DNA from: Eledone cirrhosa
Lineage: Eukaryota
Direction: 5' to 3'
Assembly (NCBI GenBank): GCA_964016885.1
Contig: OZ024740.1
Coordinates: forward strand, 396,800,001 to 396,864,000
Length of the DNA: 64,000 nucleotides
Under the pieces are notes generated by a model, which was not told where the DNA came from, did no database searches, and was given only the letters and a program-made list of their open reading frames with translations. The position numbers and the translations under genes were made by a program. Of this stretch, positions 1-15,000 are shown piece after piece. Position 1 is the first letter of the stretch, and each line of letters begins with the position of its first letter.

Positions 1-3000
1 GTAATGAAAGTGGAGTGGTGGTGTCAGATAATAGTATATAGCCAGTAATGAAAGTGGAGTGGTGGTACCAGATAATAGTATATAGCCAGTAATGAAAGTG
101 GAGTGGTGGTGTCAGATAATAGTATATAGCCAGCAATGAAACTGGAGTGGTGGAGTCAGATAATAGTATATAGCCAGTAATGAAAGTGGAGTGGTGGTAC
201 CAGATAATAGTATATAGCCAGCAATGAAAGTGGAGTGGTGGTACCAGATAATAGTATATAGCCAGTAATGAAAGTGGAGTGGTGGTGTCAGATAATAGTA
301 TATAGCCAGTAATGAAAGTGGAGTGGTGGTGTCAGATAATAGTATATAGCCAGTAATGAATGTGGAGTGGTGGTACCAGATAATAGTATATAGCCAGTAA
401 TGAAAGTGGAGTGGTGGTGTCAGATAATAGTATATAGCCAGTAATGAAAGTGGAGTGGTGGTAACAGATAATAGTATATAGCCAGTAATGAAAGTGGAGT
501 GGTGGTGTCAGATAATAGTATATAGCCAGTAATGAAGTGGAGTGGTGGTGTCAGATAATAGTATATAGCCAGTAATGAAAGTGGAGTGGTGGTGTCAAAT
601 AATAGTATATAGCCAGTAATGAAAGTGGGGTGGTGGTGTCAGATAATAGTATATAGCCAGTAATGAAAGTGGGGTGGTGGTGTCAGATAATAGTATATAG
701 CCAGTAATGAAAGTGGGGTGGTGGTGTCAGATAATAGTATATAGCCAGTAATGAAAGTGGAGTGGTGGTGTCAGATAATAGTATATAGCCAGTGAAAGTG
801 GAGTGGTGTTGTCAGATAATAGTATATAGCCAGTGAAAGTGGAGTGGTGGTACCAGATAATAGTATATAGCCAGTAATGAAAGTAGAGTGCGGGTGTCAG
901 ATAATAGTATATAGCCAGTAATGAAAGTGGAGTGGTGGTGTCAGATAATAGTATATAGCCAGTAAGGAAAGTGAGGTGGTGGTGTCAGATAATAGTATAT
1001 AGCCAGTAATGAAAGTGGGGTGGTGGTGTCAGATAATAGTATATAGCCAGTAATGAAAGTGGAGTGGTGGTGTCAGATAATAGTATATAGCCAGTAATGA
1101 AAGTGGAGTGGTGTTGTCAGATAATAGTATATAGCCAGTAATGAATGTGGAGTGGTGGTACCAGATAATAGTATATAGCCAGTAATGAAAGTGGAGTGGT
1201 GGTGTCAGATAATAGTATATAGCCAGTAATGAAAGTGGAGTGGTGGTGTCAGATAATAGTATATAGCCAGTAATGAATGTGGAGTGGTGGTACCAGATAA
1301 TAGTATATAGCCAGTAATGAAAGTGGAGTGGTGGTGTCAGATAATAGTATATAGCCAGTAATGAAAGTGGAGTGGTGGGTCAGATAATAGTATATAGCCA
1401 GTAATGAAAGTGGAGTGGTGGTAACAGATAATAGTATATAGCCAGTAATGAAAGTGGAGTGGTGGTGTCAGATAATAGTATATAGCCAGTAACGAAGTGG
1501 AGTGGTGGTGTCAGATAATAGTATATAGCCAGTAATGAAAGTGGAGTGGTGGTGTCAGATAATAGTATATAGCCAGTAATGAAAGTGGGGTGGTGGTGTC
1601 AGATAATAGTATGTAGCCAGTAATGAAAGTGGAGTGGTGGTGTCATATAATAGTATATAGCCAGTAATGAAAGTGGGGTGCGGGTGTCAGATAATAGTAT
1701 ATAGCCAGTAATGAAAGTGGAGTGGTGGTATCAGATAATAGTATATAGCCAGTAAGGAAAGTGAGGTGGTGGTGTCAGATAATAGTATATAGCCAGTAAT
1801 GAAAGTGGGGTGGTGGTGTCAGATAATAGTATATAGCCAGTAATGAAAGTGGAGTGGTGGTGTCAGATAATAGTATATAGCCAGTAATGAAAGTGGGGTG
1901 GTGGTGTCAGATAATAGTATATAGCCAGTAATGAAAGTGGGGGGGGGGGGTGTCAGATAATAGTATATAGCCAGTAATGAAAGTGGAGTGGTGGTGTCAG
2001 ATAATAGTATATAGCCAGTGAAAGTGGAGTGGTGGTGTCAGATAATAGTATATAGCCAGTGAAAGTGGAGTGGTGGTACCAGATAATAGTATATAGCCAG
2101 TGAAAGTGGAGTGGTGGTACCAGATAATAGTATATAGCCAGTGAAAGTGGGGTGGTGGTGTCAGATAATAGTATATAGCCAGTGAAAGTGGAGTGGTGGT
2201 ACCAGATAATAGTATATAGCCAGTGAAAGTGGAGTGGTGGTACCAGATAATAGTATATAGCCAGTAATGAAAGTGGAGTGGTGGTGTCAGATAATAGTAT
2301 ATAGCCAGTAATGAAAGTGGAGTGGTGGTACCAGATAATAGTATATAGCTAGTAATGAAAGTGGAGTGGTGGTGTCAGATAATATTATATAGCCAGTAAT
2401 GAAAGTGGAGTGGTGGTGTCAGATAATAGTATATAGCCAGTAACGAAAGTGGTGTGGTGGTGTCAGATAATAGTATATAGCCAGTAATGAAAGTGGGGTG
2501 GTGGTGTCAGATAATAGTATATAGCCAGTAATGAAAGTGGAGTGGTGGTGTCAGATAATAGTATATAGCCAGTAATGAAAGTGGAGTGGTGGTGTCAGAT
2601 AATACTATATAGCCAGTAATGAAAGTGGGGTGGTGGTGTCAGATAATAGTATATAGCCAGTAATGAAAGTGGAGTGGTGGTGTCAAATAATAGTATAGAG
2701 GCAGTAATGAAAGTGGAGTGGTGGTGTCAGATAATAGTATATAGCCAGTAATGAAAGTGGAGTGGTGGTACCAGATAATAGTATATAGCCAGTAATGAAA
2801 GTGGAGTGGTGGTGTCAGATAATAGTATATAGCCAGCAATGAAACTGGAGTGGTGGAGTCAGATAATAGTATATAGCCAGTAATGAAAGTGGAGTGGTGG
2901 TACCAGATAATAGTATATAGCCAGTAATGAAAGTGGAGTGGTGGTGTCAGATAATAGTATATAGCCAGCAATGAAAGTGGAGTGGTGGTACCAGATAATA

Positions 3001-6000
3001 GTATATAGCCAGTAATGAAAGTGGAGTGGTGGTGTCAGATAATAGTATATAGCCAGTAATGAAAGTGGAGTGGTGGTGTCAGATAATAGTATATAGCCAG
3101 TAATGAATGTGGAGTGGTGGTACCAGATAATAGTATATAGCCAGTAATGAAAGTGGAGTGGTGGTGTCAGATAATAGTATATAGCCAGTAATGAAAGTGG
3201 AGTGGTGGTAACAGATAATAGTATATAGCCAGTAATGAAAGTGGAGTGGTGGTGTCAGATAATAGTATATAGCCAGTAATGAAGTGGAGTGGTGGTGTCA
3301 GATAATAGTATATAGCCAGTAATGAAAGTGGAGTGGTGGTGTCAAATAATAGTATATAGCCAGTAATGAAAGTGGGGTGGTGGTGTCAGATAATAGTATA
3401 TAGCCAGTAATGAAAGTGGGGTGGTGGTGTCAGATAATAGTATATAGCCAGTAATGAAAGTGGGGTGGTGGTGTCAGATAATAGTATATAGCCAGTAATG
3501 AAAGTGGAGTGGTGGTGTCAGATAATAGTATATAGCCAGTGAAAGTGGAGTGGTGTTGTCAGATAATAGTATATAGCCAGTGAAAGTGGAGTGGTGGTAC
3601 CAGATAATAGTATATAGCCAGTAATGAAAGTGGAGTGCGGGTGTCAGATAATAGTATATAGCCAGTAATGAATGTGGAGTGGTGGTACCAGATAATAGTA
3701 TATAGCTAGTAATGAAAGTGGAGTGGTGGTGTCAGATAATATTATATAGCCAGTAATGAAAGTGGAGTGGTGGTGTCAGATAATAGTATATAGCCAGTAA
3801 CGAAAGTGGGGTGGTGGTGTCAGATAATAGTATATAGCCAGTAATGAAAGTGGGGTGGTGGTGTCAGATAATAGTATATAGCCAGTAATGAAAGTGGAGT
3901 GGTGGTGTCAGATAATAGTATATAGCCAGTAATGAAAGTGGAGTGGTGGTGTCAGATAATAGTATATAGCCAGTGAAAGTGGAGTGGTGGTACCAGATAA
4001 TAGTATATAGCCAGTAATGAAAGTGGAGTGGTGGTGTCAGATAATAGTATGTAGCCAGTAATGAAAGTGGAGTGGTGGTGTCAGATAATCGTATATAGCC
4101 ATTAATGAAAGTGGAGTGGTGGTGTCAGATAATAGTATATAGCCAGTAATGAAAGTGGGGTGGTGGTGTCAGATAATAGTATATAGCCAGTAATGAAAGT
4201 GGAGTGGTGGTGTCAGATAATACTATATAACCAGTAATGAAAGTGGAGTGGTGGTGTCAGATAATAGTATATAGCCAGTAATGAAAGTGGAGTGGTGGTG
4301 TCAGATAATAATATATAGCCAGTAATGAAAGTGGAGTGGTGGGGTCAGATAATAATATATAGCCAGTAATGAAAGTGGAGTGGTGGTGTCAGATAATAGT
4401 ATATAGCCAGTAATGAAAGTGGAGTGGTGGTGTCAGATAATAGTATATAGCCAGTAATGAAAGTGGAGTGGTGGTGTCATATGACAGTATATAGCCAGTA
4501 ATGAAAGTGGGGATGGTGCTGTCAGATAATAGTATATAGCCAGTAATGAAAGTGGAGTGGTGGTGTCAGATAATAGTATATAGCCAGTAATGAAAGTGGG
4601 GTGGTGGTGTCAGATAATAGTATATAGCCAGTAATGAAAGTGAAGTGGTGGTGTCAGATAATAGTATATAGCCAGTAATGAAAGTGGGGTGGTGGTGTCA
4701 GATAATAGTATATAGCCAGTAATGAAAGTGGGGTGGTGGTGTCAGATAATAGTATATAGCCAGTAATGAAAGTGGGGTGGTGGTGTCAGATAATAGTATA
4801 TAGCTAGTGAAAGTGGAGTGGTGGTGTCAGATAATAGTATATAGCCAGTGAAAGTGGAGTGGTGGTACCAGATAATAGTATATAGCCAGTAATGAAAGTG
4901 GAGTGGTGGTGTCAGATAATAGTATATAGCCAGTGAAAGTGGAGTGGTGGTGTCAGATAATAGAATATAGCCAGTAATGAAAGTGAGGTGGTGGTGTCAG
5001 GTAATAGTATATGGCCAGTAATGAAAGTGAGGTGGTGGTGTCAGATAATAGTATATAGCCAGTGAAAGTGGAGTGGTGTTGTCAGATAATAGTATATAGC
5101 CAGTGAAAGTGGAGTGGTGGTACCAGATAATAGTATATAGCCAGTAATGAAAGTGGAGTGCGGGTGTCAGATAATAGTATATAGCCAGTAATGAATGTGG
5201 AGTGGTGGTACCAGATAATAGTATATAGCTAGTAATGAAAGTGGAGTGGTGGTGTCAGATAATATTATATAGCCAGTAATGAAAGTGGAGTGGTGGTCTC
5301 AGATAATAGTATATAGCCAGTAACGAAAGTGGGGTGGTGGTGTCAGATAATAGTATATAGCCAGTAATGAAAGTGGAGTGGTGGTGTCAGATAATAGTAT
5401 ATAGCCAGTAATGAAAGTGGAGTGGTGGTGTCAGATAATAGTATATAGCCAGTAATGAAAGTGGAGTGGTGGTGTCAGATAATAGTATATTGCCAGTAAT
5501 GAAAGTGGAGTGGTGGTGTCAGATAATAGTATATAGCCAGTGAAAGTGGAGTGGTGGTACCAGATAATAGTATATAGCCAGTAATGAAAGTGGAGTGGTG
5601 GTGTCAGATAATAGTATATAGCCAGTAATGAAAGTGGGGTGGTGGTGTCAGATAATAGTATATAGCCAGTAATGAAAGTGGAGTGGTGGTGTCAGATAAT
5701 ACTATATAACCAGTAATGAAAGTGGAGTGGTGGTGTCAGATAATAGTATATAGCCAGTAATGAAAGTGGAGTGGTGGTGTCAGATAATAATATATAGCCA
5801 GTAATGAAAGTGGAGTGGTGGGGTCAGATAATAATATATAGCCAGTAATGAAAGTGGAGTGGTGGTGTCAGATAATAGTATATAGCCAGTAATGAAAGTG
5901 GAGTGGTGGTGTCAGATAATAGTATATAGCCAGTAATGAAAGTGGAGTGGTGGTGTCATACAATAGTATATAGCCAGTAATGAAAGTGGGGTGGTGCTGT

Positions 6001-9000
6001 CAGATAATAGTATATAGCCAGTAATGAAAGTGGAGTGGTGGTGTCAGATAATAGTATATAGCCAGTAATGAAAGTGGGGTGGTGGTGTCAGATAATAGTA
6101 TATAGCCAGTAATGAAAGTGGAGTGGTCATGTCAGATAATAGTATATAGACTGTAATGAAAGTGAAGTGGTGGTGTCAGATAATAGTATATAACCAGTAA
6201 TGAAAGTGGAGTGGTGGTGTCAGATAATAGTATATAGCCAGTAATGAAAGTGGAGTGGTGGTGTCAGATAATACTATATAACCAGTAATGAAAGTGGAGT
6301 GGTGGTGTCAGATAATAGTATATAGCAAGTAATGAAAGTGGAGTGGTGGTGTCAGATAATACTATATAACCAGTAATGAAAGTGGAGTGGTGGTGTCAGA
6401 TAATAGTATATAGCCAGTAATGAAAGTGGAGTGGTGGTGTCAGATAATAATATATAGCCAGTAATGAAAGTGGAGTGGTGGGGTCAGATAATAATATATA
6501 GCCAGTAATGAAAGTGGAGTGGTGGTGTCAGATAATAGTATATAGCCAGTAATGAAAGTGGAGTGGTGGTGTCAGATAATAGTATATAGCCAGTAATGAA
6601 AGTGGAGTGGTGGTGTCATATGATAGTATATAGCCAGTAATGAAAGTGGGGATGGTGCTGTCAGATAATAGTATATAGCCAGTAATGAAAGTGGAGTGGT
6701 GGTGTCAGATAATAGTATATAGCCAGTAATGAAAGTGGGGTGGTGGTGTCAGATAATAGTATATAGCCAGTAATGAAAGTGAAGTGGTGGTGTCAGATAA
6801 TAGTATATAGCCAGTAATGAAAGTGGGGTGGTGGTGTCAGATAATAGTATATAGCCAGTAATGAAAGTGGGGTGGTGGTGTCAGATAATAGTATATAGCC
6901 AGTAATGAAAGTGGGGTGGTGGTGTCAGATAATAGTATATAGCTAGTGAAAGTGGAGTGGTGGTGTCAGATAATAGTATATAGCCAGTGAAAGTGGAGTG
7001 GTGGTACCAGATAATAGTATATAGCCAGTAATGAAAGTGGAGTGGTGGTGTCAGATAATAGTATATAGCCAGTGAAAGTGGAGTGGTGGTGTCAGATAAT
7101 AGAATATAGCCAGTAATGAAAGTGAGGTGGTGGTGTCAGGTAATAGTATATGGCCAGTAATGAAAGTGAGGTGGTGGTGTCAGATAATAGTATATAGCCA
7201 GTGAAAGTGGAGTGGTGTTGTCAGATAATAGTATATAGCCAGTGAAAGTGGAGTGGTGGTACCAGATAATAGTATATAGCCAGTAATGAAAGTGGAGTGC
7301 GGGTGTCAGATAATAGTATATAGCCAGTAATGAATGTGGAGTGGTGGTACCAGATAATAGTATATAGCTAGTAATGAAAGTGGAGTGGTGGTGTCAGATA
7401 ATATTATATAGCCAGTAATGAAAGTGGAGTGGTGGTCTCAGATAATAGTATATAGCCAGTAACGAAAGTGGGGTGGTGGTGTCAGATAATAGTATATAGC
7501 CAGTAATGAAAGTGGGGTGGTGGTGTCAGATAATAGTATATAGCCAGTAATGAAAGTGGAGTGGTGGTGTCAGATAATAGTATATAGCCAGTAATGAAAG
7601 TGGAGTGGTGGTGTCAGATAATAGTATATTGCCAGTAATGAAAGTGGAGTGGTGGTGTCAGATAATAGTATATAGCCAGTGAAAGTGGAGTGGTGGTACC
7701 AGATAATAGTATATAGCCAGTAATGAAAGTGGAGTGGTGGTGTCAGATAATAGTATATAGCCAGTAATGAAAGTGGGGTGGTGGTGTCAGATAATAGTAT
7801 ATAGCCAGTAATGAAAGTGGAGTGGTGGTGTCAGATAATAATATATAGCCAGTAATGAAAGTGGAGTGGTGGGGTCAGATAATAATATATAGCCAGTAAT
7901 GAAAGTGGAGTGGTGGTGTCAGATAATAGTATATAGCCAGTAATGAAAGTGGAGTGGTGGTGTCAGATAATAGTATATAGCCAGTAATGAAAGTGGAGTG
8001 GTGGTGTCATATAATAGTATATAGCCAGTAATGAAAGTGGGGTGGTGCTGTCAGATAATAGTATATAGCCAGTAATGAAAGTGGAGTGGTGGTGTCAGAT
8101 AATAGTATATAGCCAGTAATGAAAGTGGGGTGGTGGTGTCAGATAATAGTATATAGCCAGTAATGAAAGTGGAGTGGTGGTGTCAGATAATAGTATATAG
8201 CCAGTAATGAAAGTGGGGTGGTGGTGTCAGATAATAGTATATAGCCAGTAATGAAAGTGGGGTGGTGGTGTCAGATAATAGTATATAGCCAGTAATGAAA
8301 GTGGGGTGGTGGTGTCAGATAATAGTATATAGCTAGTGAAAGTGGAGTAGTGGTGTCAGATAATAGTATATAGCCAGTGAAAGTGGAGTGGTGGTACCAG
8401 ATAATAGTATATAGCCAGTAATGAAAGTGGAGTGGTGGTGTCAGATAATAGTATATAGCCAGTGAAAGTGGAGTGGTGGTGTCAGATAGTAGAATATAGC
8501 CAGTAATGAAAGTGAGGTGGTGGTGTCAGGTAATAGTATATGGCCAGTAATGAAAGTGGGGTGGTGGTGTCAGATAATAGTATATAGCCAGTGAAAGTGG
8601 AGTGGTGTTGTCAGATAATAGTATATAGCCAGTGAAAGTGGAGTGGTGGTACCAGATAATAGTATATAGCCAGTAATGAAAGTGGAGTGCGGGTGTCAGA
8701 TAATAGTATATAGCCAGTAATGAATGTGGAGTGGTGGTACCAGATAATAGTATATAGCTAGTAATGAAAGTGGAGTGGTGGTGTCAGATAATATTATATA
8801 GCCAGTAATGAAAGTGGAGTGGTGGTCTCAGATAATAGTATATAGCCAGTAACGAAAGTGGGGTGGTGGTGTCAGATAATAGTATATAGCCAGTAATGAA
8901 AGTGGAGTGGTGGTGTCAGATAATAGTATATAGCCAGTGAAAGTGGAGTGGTGGTACCAGATAATAGTATATAGCCAGTAATGAAAGTGGAGTGGTGGTG

Positions 9001-12000
9001 TCAGATAATAGTATATAGCCAGTAATGAAAGTGGGGTGGTGGTGTCAGATAATAGTATATAGCCAGTAATGAAAGTGGAGTGGTGGTGTCAGATAATAAT
9101 ATATAGCCAGTAATGAAAGTGGAGTGGTGGGGTCAGATAATAATATATAGCCAGTAATGAAAGTGGAGTGGTGGTGTCAGATAATAGTATATAGCCAGTA
9201 ATGAAAGTGGAGTGGTGGTGTCAGATAATAGTATATAGCCAGTAATGAAAGTGGAGTGGTGGTGTCATATAATAGTATATAGCCAGTAATGAAAGTGGGG
9301 TGGTGCTGTCAGATAATAGTATATAGCCAGTAATGAAAGTGGAGTGGTGGTGTCAGATAATAGTATATAGCCAGTAATGAAAGTGGGGTGGTGGTGTCAG
9401 ATAATAGTATATAGCCAGTAATGAAAGTGGAGTGGTGGTGTCAGATAATAGTATATAGCCAGTAATGAAAGTGGGGTGGTGGTGTCAGATAATAGTATAT
9501 AGCCAGTAATGAAAGTGGGGTGGTGGTGTCAGATAATAGTATATAGCCAGTAATGAAAGTGGGGTGGTGGTGTCAGATAATAGTATATAGCTAGTGAAAG
9601 TGGAGTAGTGGTGTCAGATAATAGTATATAGCCAGTGAAAGTGGAGTGGTGGTACCAGATAATAGTATATAGCCAGTAATGAAAGTGGAGTGGTGGTGTC
9701 AGATAATAGTATATAGCCAGTGAAAGTGGAGTGGTGGTGTCAGATAATAGAATATAGCCAGTAATGAAAGTGAGGTGGTGGTGTCAGGTAATAGTATATG
9801 GCCAGTAATGAAAGTGGGGTGGTGGTGTCAGATAATAGTATATAGCCAGTGAAAGTGGAGTGGTGTTGTCAGATAATAGTATATAGCCAGTGAAAGTGGA
9901 GTGGTGGTACCAGATAATAGTATATAGCCAGTAATGAAAGTGGAGTGCGGGTGTCAGATAATAGTATATAGCCAGTAATGAATGTGGAGTGGTGGTACCA
10001 GATAATAGTATATAGCTAGTAATGAAAGTGGAGTGGTGGTGTCAGATAATACTATATAACCAGTAATGAAAGTGGAGTGGTGGTGTAAGATAATAGTATA
10101 TAGCCAGTAATGAAAGTGGAGTGGTGGTGTCAGATAATACTATATAACCAGTAATGAAAGTGGAGTGGTGGTGTCAGATAATAGTATATAGCCAGTAATG
10201 AAATTGGAGTGGTGGTGTCAGATAATAATATATAGCCAGTAATGAAAGTGGAGTGGTGGGGTCAGATAATAATATATAGCCAGTAATGAAAGTGGAGTGG
10301 TGGTGTCAGATAATAGTATATAGCCAGTAATGAAAGTGGAGTGGTGGTGTCAGATAATAATATATAGCCAGTAATGAAAGTGGAGTGGTGGTGTCATATA
10401 ATAGTATATAGCCAGTAATGAAAGTGGGGTGGTGCTGTCAGATAATAGTATATAGCCAGTAATGAAAGTGGAGTGGTGGTGTCAGATAATAGTATATAGC
10501 CAGTAATGAAAGTGGGGTGGTGGTGTCAGATAATAGTATATAGCCAGTAATGAAAGTGGAGTGGTGGTGTCAGATAATAGTATATAGCCAGTAATGAAAG
10601 TGGGGTGGTGGTGTCAGATAATAGTATATAGCCAGTAATGAAAGTGGGGTGGTGGTGTCAGATAATAGTATATAGCCAGTAATGAAAGTGGGGTGGTGGT
10701 GTCAGATAATAGTATATAGCTAGTGAAAGTGGAGTGGTGGTGTCAGATAATAGTATATAGCCAGTGAAAGTGGAGTGGTGGTACCAGATAATAGTATATA
10801 GCCAGTAATGAAAGTGGAGTGGTGGTGTCAGATAATAGTATATAGCCAGTGAAAGTGGAGTGGTGGTGTCAGATAATAGAATATAGCCAGTAATGAAAGT
10901 GAGGTGGTGGTGTCAGGTAATAGTATATGGCCAGTAATGAAAGTGGGGTGGTGGTGTCAGTTAATAGTATATAGCCAGTGAAAGTGGAGTGGTGTTGTCA
11001 GATAATAGTATATAGCCAGTGAAAGTGGAGTGGTGGTACCAGATAATAGTATATAGCCAGTAATGAAAGTGGAGTGCGGGTGTCAGATAATAGTATATAG
11101 CCAGTAATGAATGTGGAGTGGTGGTACCAGATAATAGTATATAGCTAGTAATGAAAGTGGAGTGGTGGTGTCAGATAATATTATATAGCCAGTAATGAAA
11201 GTGGAGTGGTGGTGTCAGATAATAGTATATAGCCAGTAACGAAAGTGGGGTGGTGGTGTCAGATAATAGTATATAGCCAGTAATGAAAGTGGGGTGGTGG
11301 TGTCAGATAATAGTATATAGCCAGTAATGAAAGTGGAGTGGTGGTGTCAGATAATAGTATATAGCCAGTAATGAAAGTGGAGTGGTGGTGTGAGATAATA
11401 GTATATTGCCAGTAATGAAAGTGGAGTGGTGGTGTCAGATAATAGTATATAGCCAGTGAAAGTGGAGTGGTGGTACCAGATAATAGTATATAGCCAGTAA
11501 TGAAAGTGGAGTGGTGGTGTCAGATAATAGTATATAGCCAGTAATGAAAGTGGGGTGGTGGTGTCAGATAATAGTATACAGCCAGTAATGAAAGTGGAGT
11601 GGTGGTGTCAGATAATAGTATATAGCCAGTAATGAAAGTGGAGTGGTGGTGTCAGATAATACTATATAACCAGTAATGAAAGTGGAGTGGTGGTGTCAGA
11701 TAATAGTATATAGCCAGTAATGAAAGTGGAGTGGTGGTGTCAGATAATAATATATAGCCAGTAATGAAAGTGGAGTGGTGGGGTCAGATAATAATATATA
11801 GCCAGTAATGAAAGTGGAGTGGTGGTGTCAGATAATAGTATATAGCCAGTAATGAAAGTGGAGTGGTGGTGTCATATAATAGTATATAGCCAGTAATGAA
11901 AGTGGGGTGGTGGTGTCAGATAATAGTATATAGCCAGTAATGAAAGTGCTGTGGTGGTGTCAAATAATAGTATATAGCCAGTAATGAAAGTGGGGTGGTG

Positions 12001-15000
12001 GTGTCAGATAATAGTATATAGCCAGTAATGAAAGTGGAGTGGTGGTGTCAGATAATAGTATGTAGCCAGTAATGAAAGTGGAGTGGTGGTGTCAGATAAT
12101 AGTATATTGCCAGTAATGAAAGTGGAGTGGTGGTGTCAGATAATAGTATATAGCCAGTGAAAGTGGAGTGGTGGTACCAGATAATAGTATATAGCCAGTA
12201 ATGAAAGTGGAGTGGTGGTGTCAGATAATAGTATGTAGCCAGTAATGAAAGTGGAGTGGTGGTGTCAGATAATCGTATATAGCCATTAATGAAAGTGGAG
12301 TGGTGGTGTCAGATAATAGTATATAGCCAGTAATGAAAGTGGGGTGGTGGTGTCAGATAATAGTATATAGCCAGTAATGAAAGTGGAGTGGTGGTGTCAG
12401 ATAATCGTATATAGCCATTAATGAAAGTGGAGTGGTGGTGTCAGATAATAGTATATAGACTGTAATGAAAGTGAAGTAGTGGTGTCAGATAATAGTATAT
12501 AGCCAGTAATGAAAGTGGAGTGGTGGTGTCAGATAATAGTATATAGCCAGTAATGAAAGTGGAGTGGTGGTACCAGATAATAGTATATAGCCAGTAATGA
12601 AAGTGGAGTGGTGGTGTCAGATAATAGTATATAACCAGTAATGAAAGTGGAGTGGTGGTGTCAGATAATAGTATATAACCAGTAATGAAAGTGGAGTGGT
12701 GGTGTCAGATAATAGTATATAGCCAGTGAAAGTGGAGTGGTGGTACCAGATAATAGTATATAGCCAGTAATGAAAGTGGAGTGGTGGTGTCAGATAATAG
12801 TATATAACCAGTAATGAAAGTGGAGTGGTGGTGTCAGATAATAGTATATAGCCAGTAATGAAAGTGGAGTGGTGGTGTCAGATAATAATATATAGCCAGT
12901 AATGAAAGTGGAGTGGTGGGGTCAGATAATAATATATAGCCAGTAATGAAAGTGGAGTGGTGGTGTCAGATAATAGTATATAGCCAGTAATGAAAGTGGA
13001 GTGGTGGTGTCAGATAATAGTATATAGCCAGTAATGAAAGTGGAGTGGTGGTGTCATATAATAGTATATAGCCAGTAATGAAAGTGGGGTGGTGGTGTCA
13101 GATAATAGTATATAGCCAGTAATGAAAGTGGAGTGGTGGTGTCAGATAATAGTATATAGCCAGTAATGAAAGTGGGGTGGTGGTGTCAGATAATAGTATA
13201 TAGCCAGTAATGAAAGTGGGGTGGTGGTGCCAGATAATAGTATATAGCCAGTAATGAAAGTGGAGTGGTGGTGTCAGATAATAGTATATAGCCAGTAATG
13301 AAAGTGGAGTGGTGGTGTCAGATAATAGTATATAGCCAGTAATGAAAGTGGAGTGGTGGTGTCAGATAATAGTATATAGCCAGTAATGAAAGTGGAGTGG
13401 TGGTGTCAGATAATAGTATATAGCCAGTAATGAAAGTGGGGTGGTGGTGTCAGATAATAGTATATAGCCAGTAATGAAAGTGGGGTGGTGGTGTCAGATA
13501 ATAGTATATAGCCAGTAATGAAAGTGGGGTGGTGGTGTCAGATAATAGTATATAGCCAGTAATGAAAGTGGAGTGGTGGTGTCAGATAATAGTATATAGC
13601 CAGTAATGAAAGTGGAGTGGTGGTGTCAGATAATAGTATATAGCCAGTAATGAAAGTGGAGTGGTGGTGTCATACAATAGAATATAGCCAGTAATGAAAG
13701 TGAGGTGGTGGTGTCAGGTAATAGTATATGGCCAGTAATGAAAGTGGGGTGGTGGTGTCAGATAATAGTATATAGCCAGTGAAAGTGGAGTGGTGTTGTC
13801 AGATAATAGTATATAGCCAGTGAAAGTGGAGTGGTAGTACCAGATAATAGTATATAGCCAGTAATGAAAGTGGAGTGGTGGTGTCAGATAATAGTATATA
13901 GCCAGTAATGAATGTGGAGTGGTGGTACCAGATAATAGTATATAGCTAGTAATGAAAGTGGAGTGGTGGTGTCAGATAATATTATATAGCCAGTAATGAA
14001 AGTGGAGTGGTGGTGTCAGATAATAGTATATAGCCAGTAACGAAAGTGGGGTGGTGGTGTCAGATAATAGTATATAGCCAGTAATGAAAGTGGGGTGGTG
14101 GTGTCAGATAATAGTATATAGCCAGTAATGAAAGTGGAGTGGTGGTGTCAGATAATAGTATATAGCCAGTAATGAAAGTGGAGTGGTGGTGTCAGATAAT
14201 AGTATATTGCCAGTAATGAAAGTGGAGTGGTGGTGTCAGATAATAGTATATAGCCAGTAATGAAAGTGGAGTGGTGGTGTCAGATAATAGTATATAGCCA
14301 GTAATGAAAGTGGAGTGGTGGTGTCAGATAATCGTATATTGCCAGTAATGAAAGTGGAGTGGTGGGGTCAGATAATAGTATATAGCCAGTAATGAAATTG
14401 GGGTGGTGGTCTCAGATAATACTATATAGCCAGTAATGAAAGTGGAGTGGTGGTACCAGATAATAGTATATAGCCAGTAATGAAAGTGGAGTGGTGGTGT
14501 CAGATAATAGTATATAGCCAGTAATGAAAGTGGAGTGGTGGTGTCAGATCATAGTATATAGACTGTAATGAAAGTGAAGTGGTGGTGTCAGATAATAGTA
14601 TATAGCCAGTAATGAAAGTGGAGTGGTGGTGTCAGACAATACTATATAACCAGTAATGAAAGTGGAGTGGTGGTGTCAGATAATAGTATATAGCCAGTAA
14701 TGAAAGTGGAGTGGTGGTGTCAGATAATAATATATAGCCAGTAATGAAAGTGGAGTGGTGGGGTCAGATAATAATATATAGCCAGTAATGAAAGTGGAGT
14801 GGTGGTGTCAGATAATAGTATATAGCCAGTAATGAAAGTGGAGTGGTGGTGTCATATAATAGTATATAGCCAGTAATGAAAGTGGGGTGGTGGTGTCAGA
14901 TAATAGTATATAGCCAGTAATGAAAGTGGTGTGGTGGTGTCAAATAATAGTATATAGCCAGTAATGAAAGTTGGGTGGTGGTGTCAGATAATAGTATATA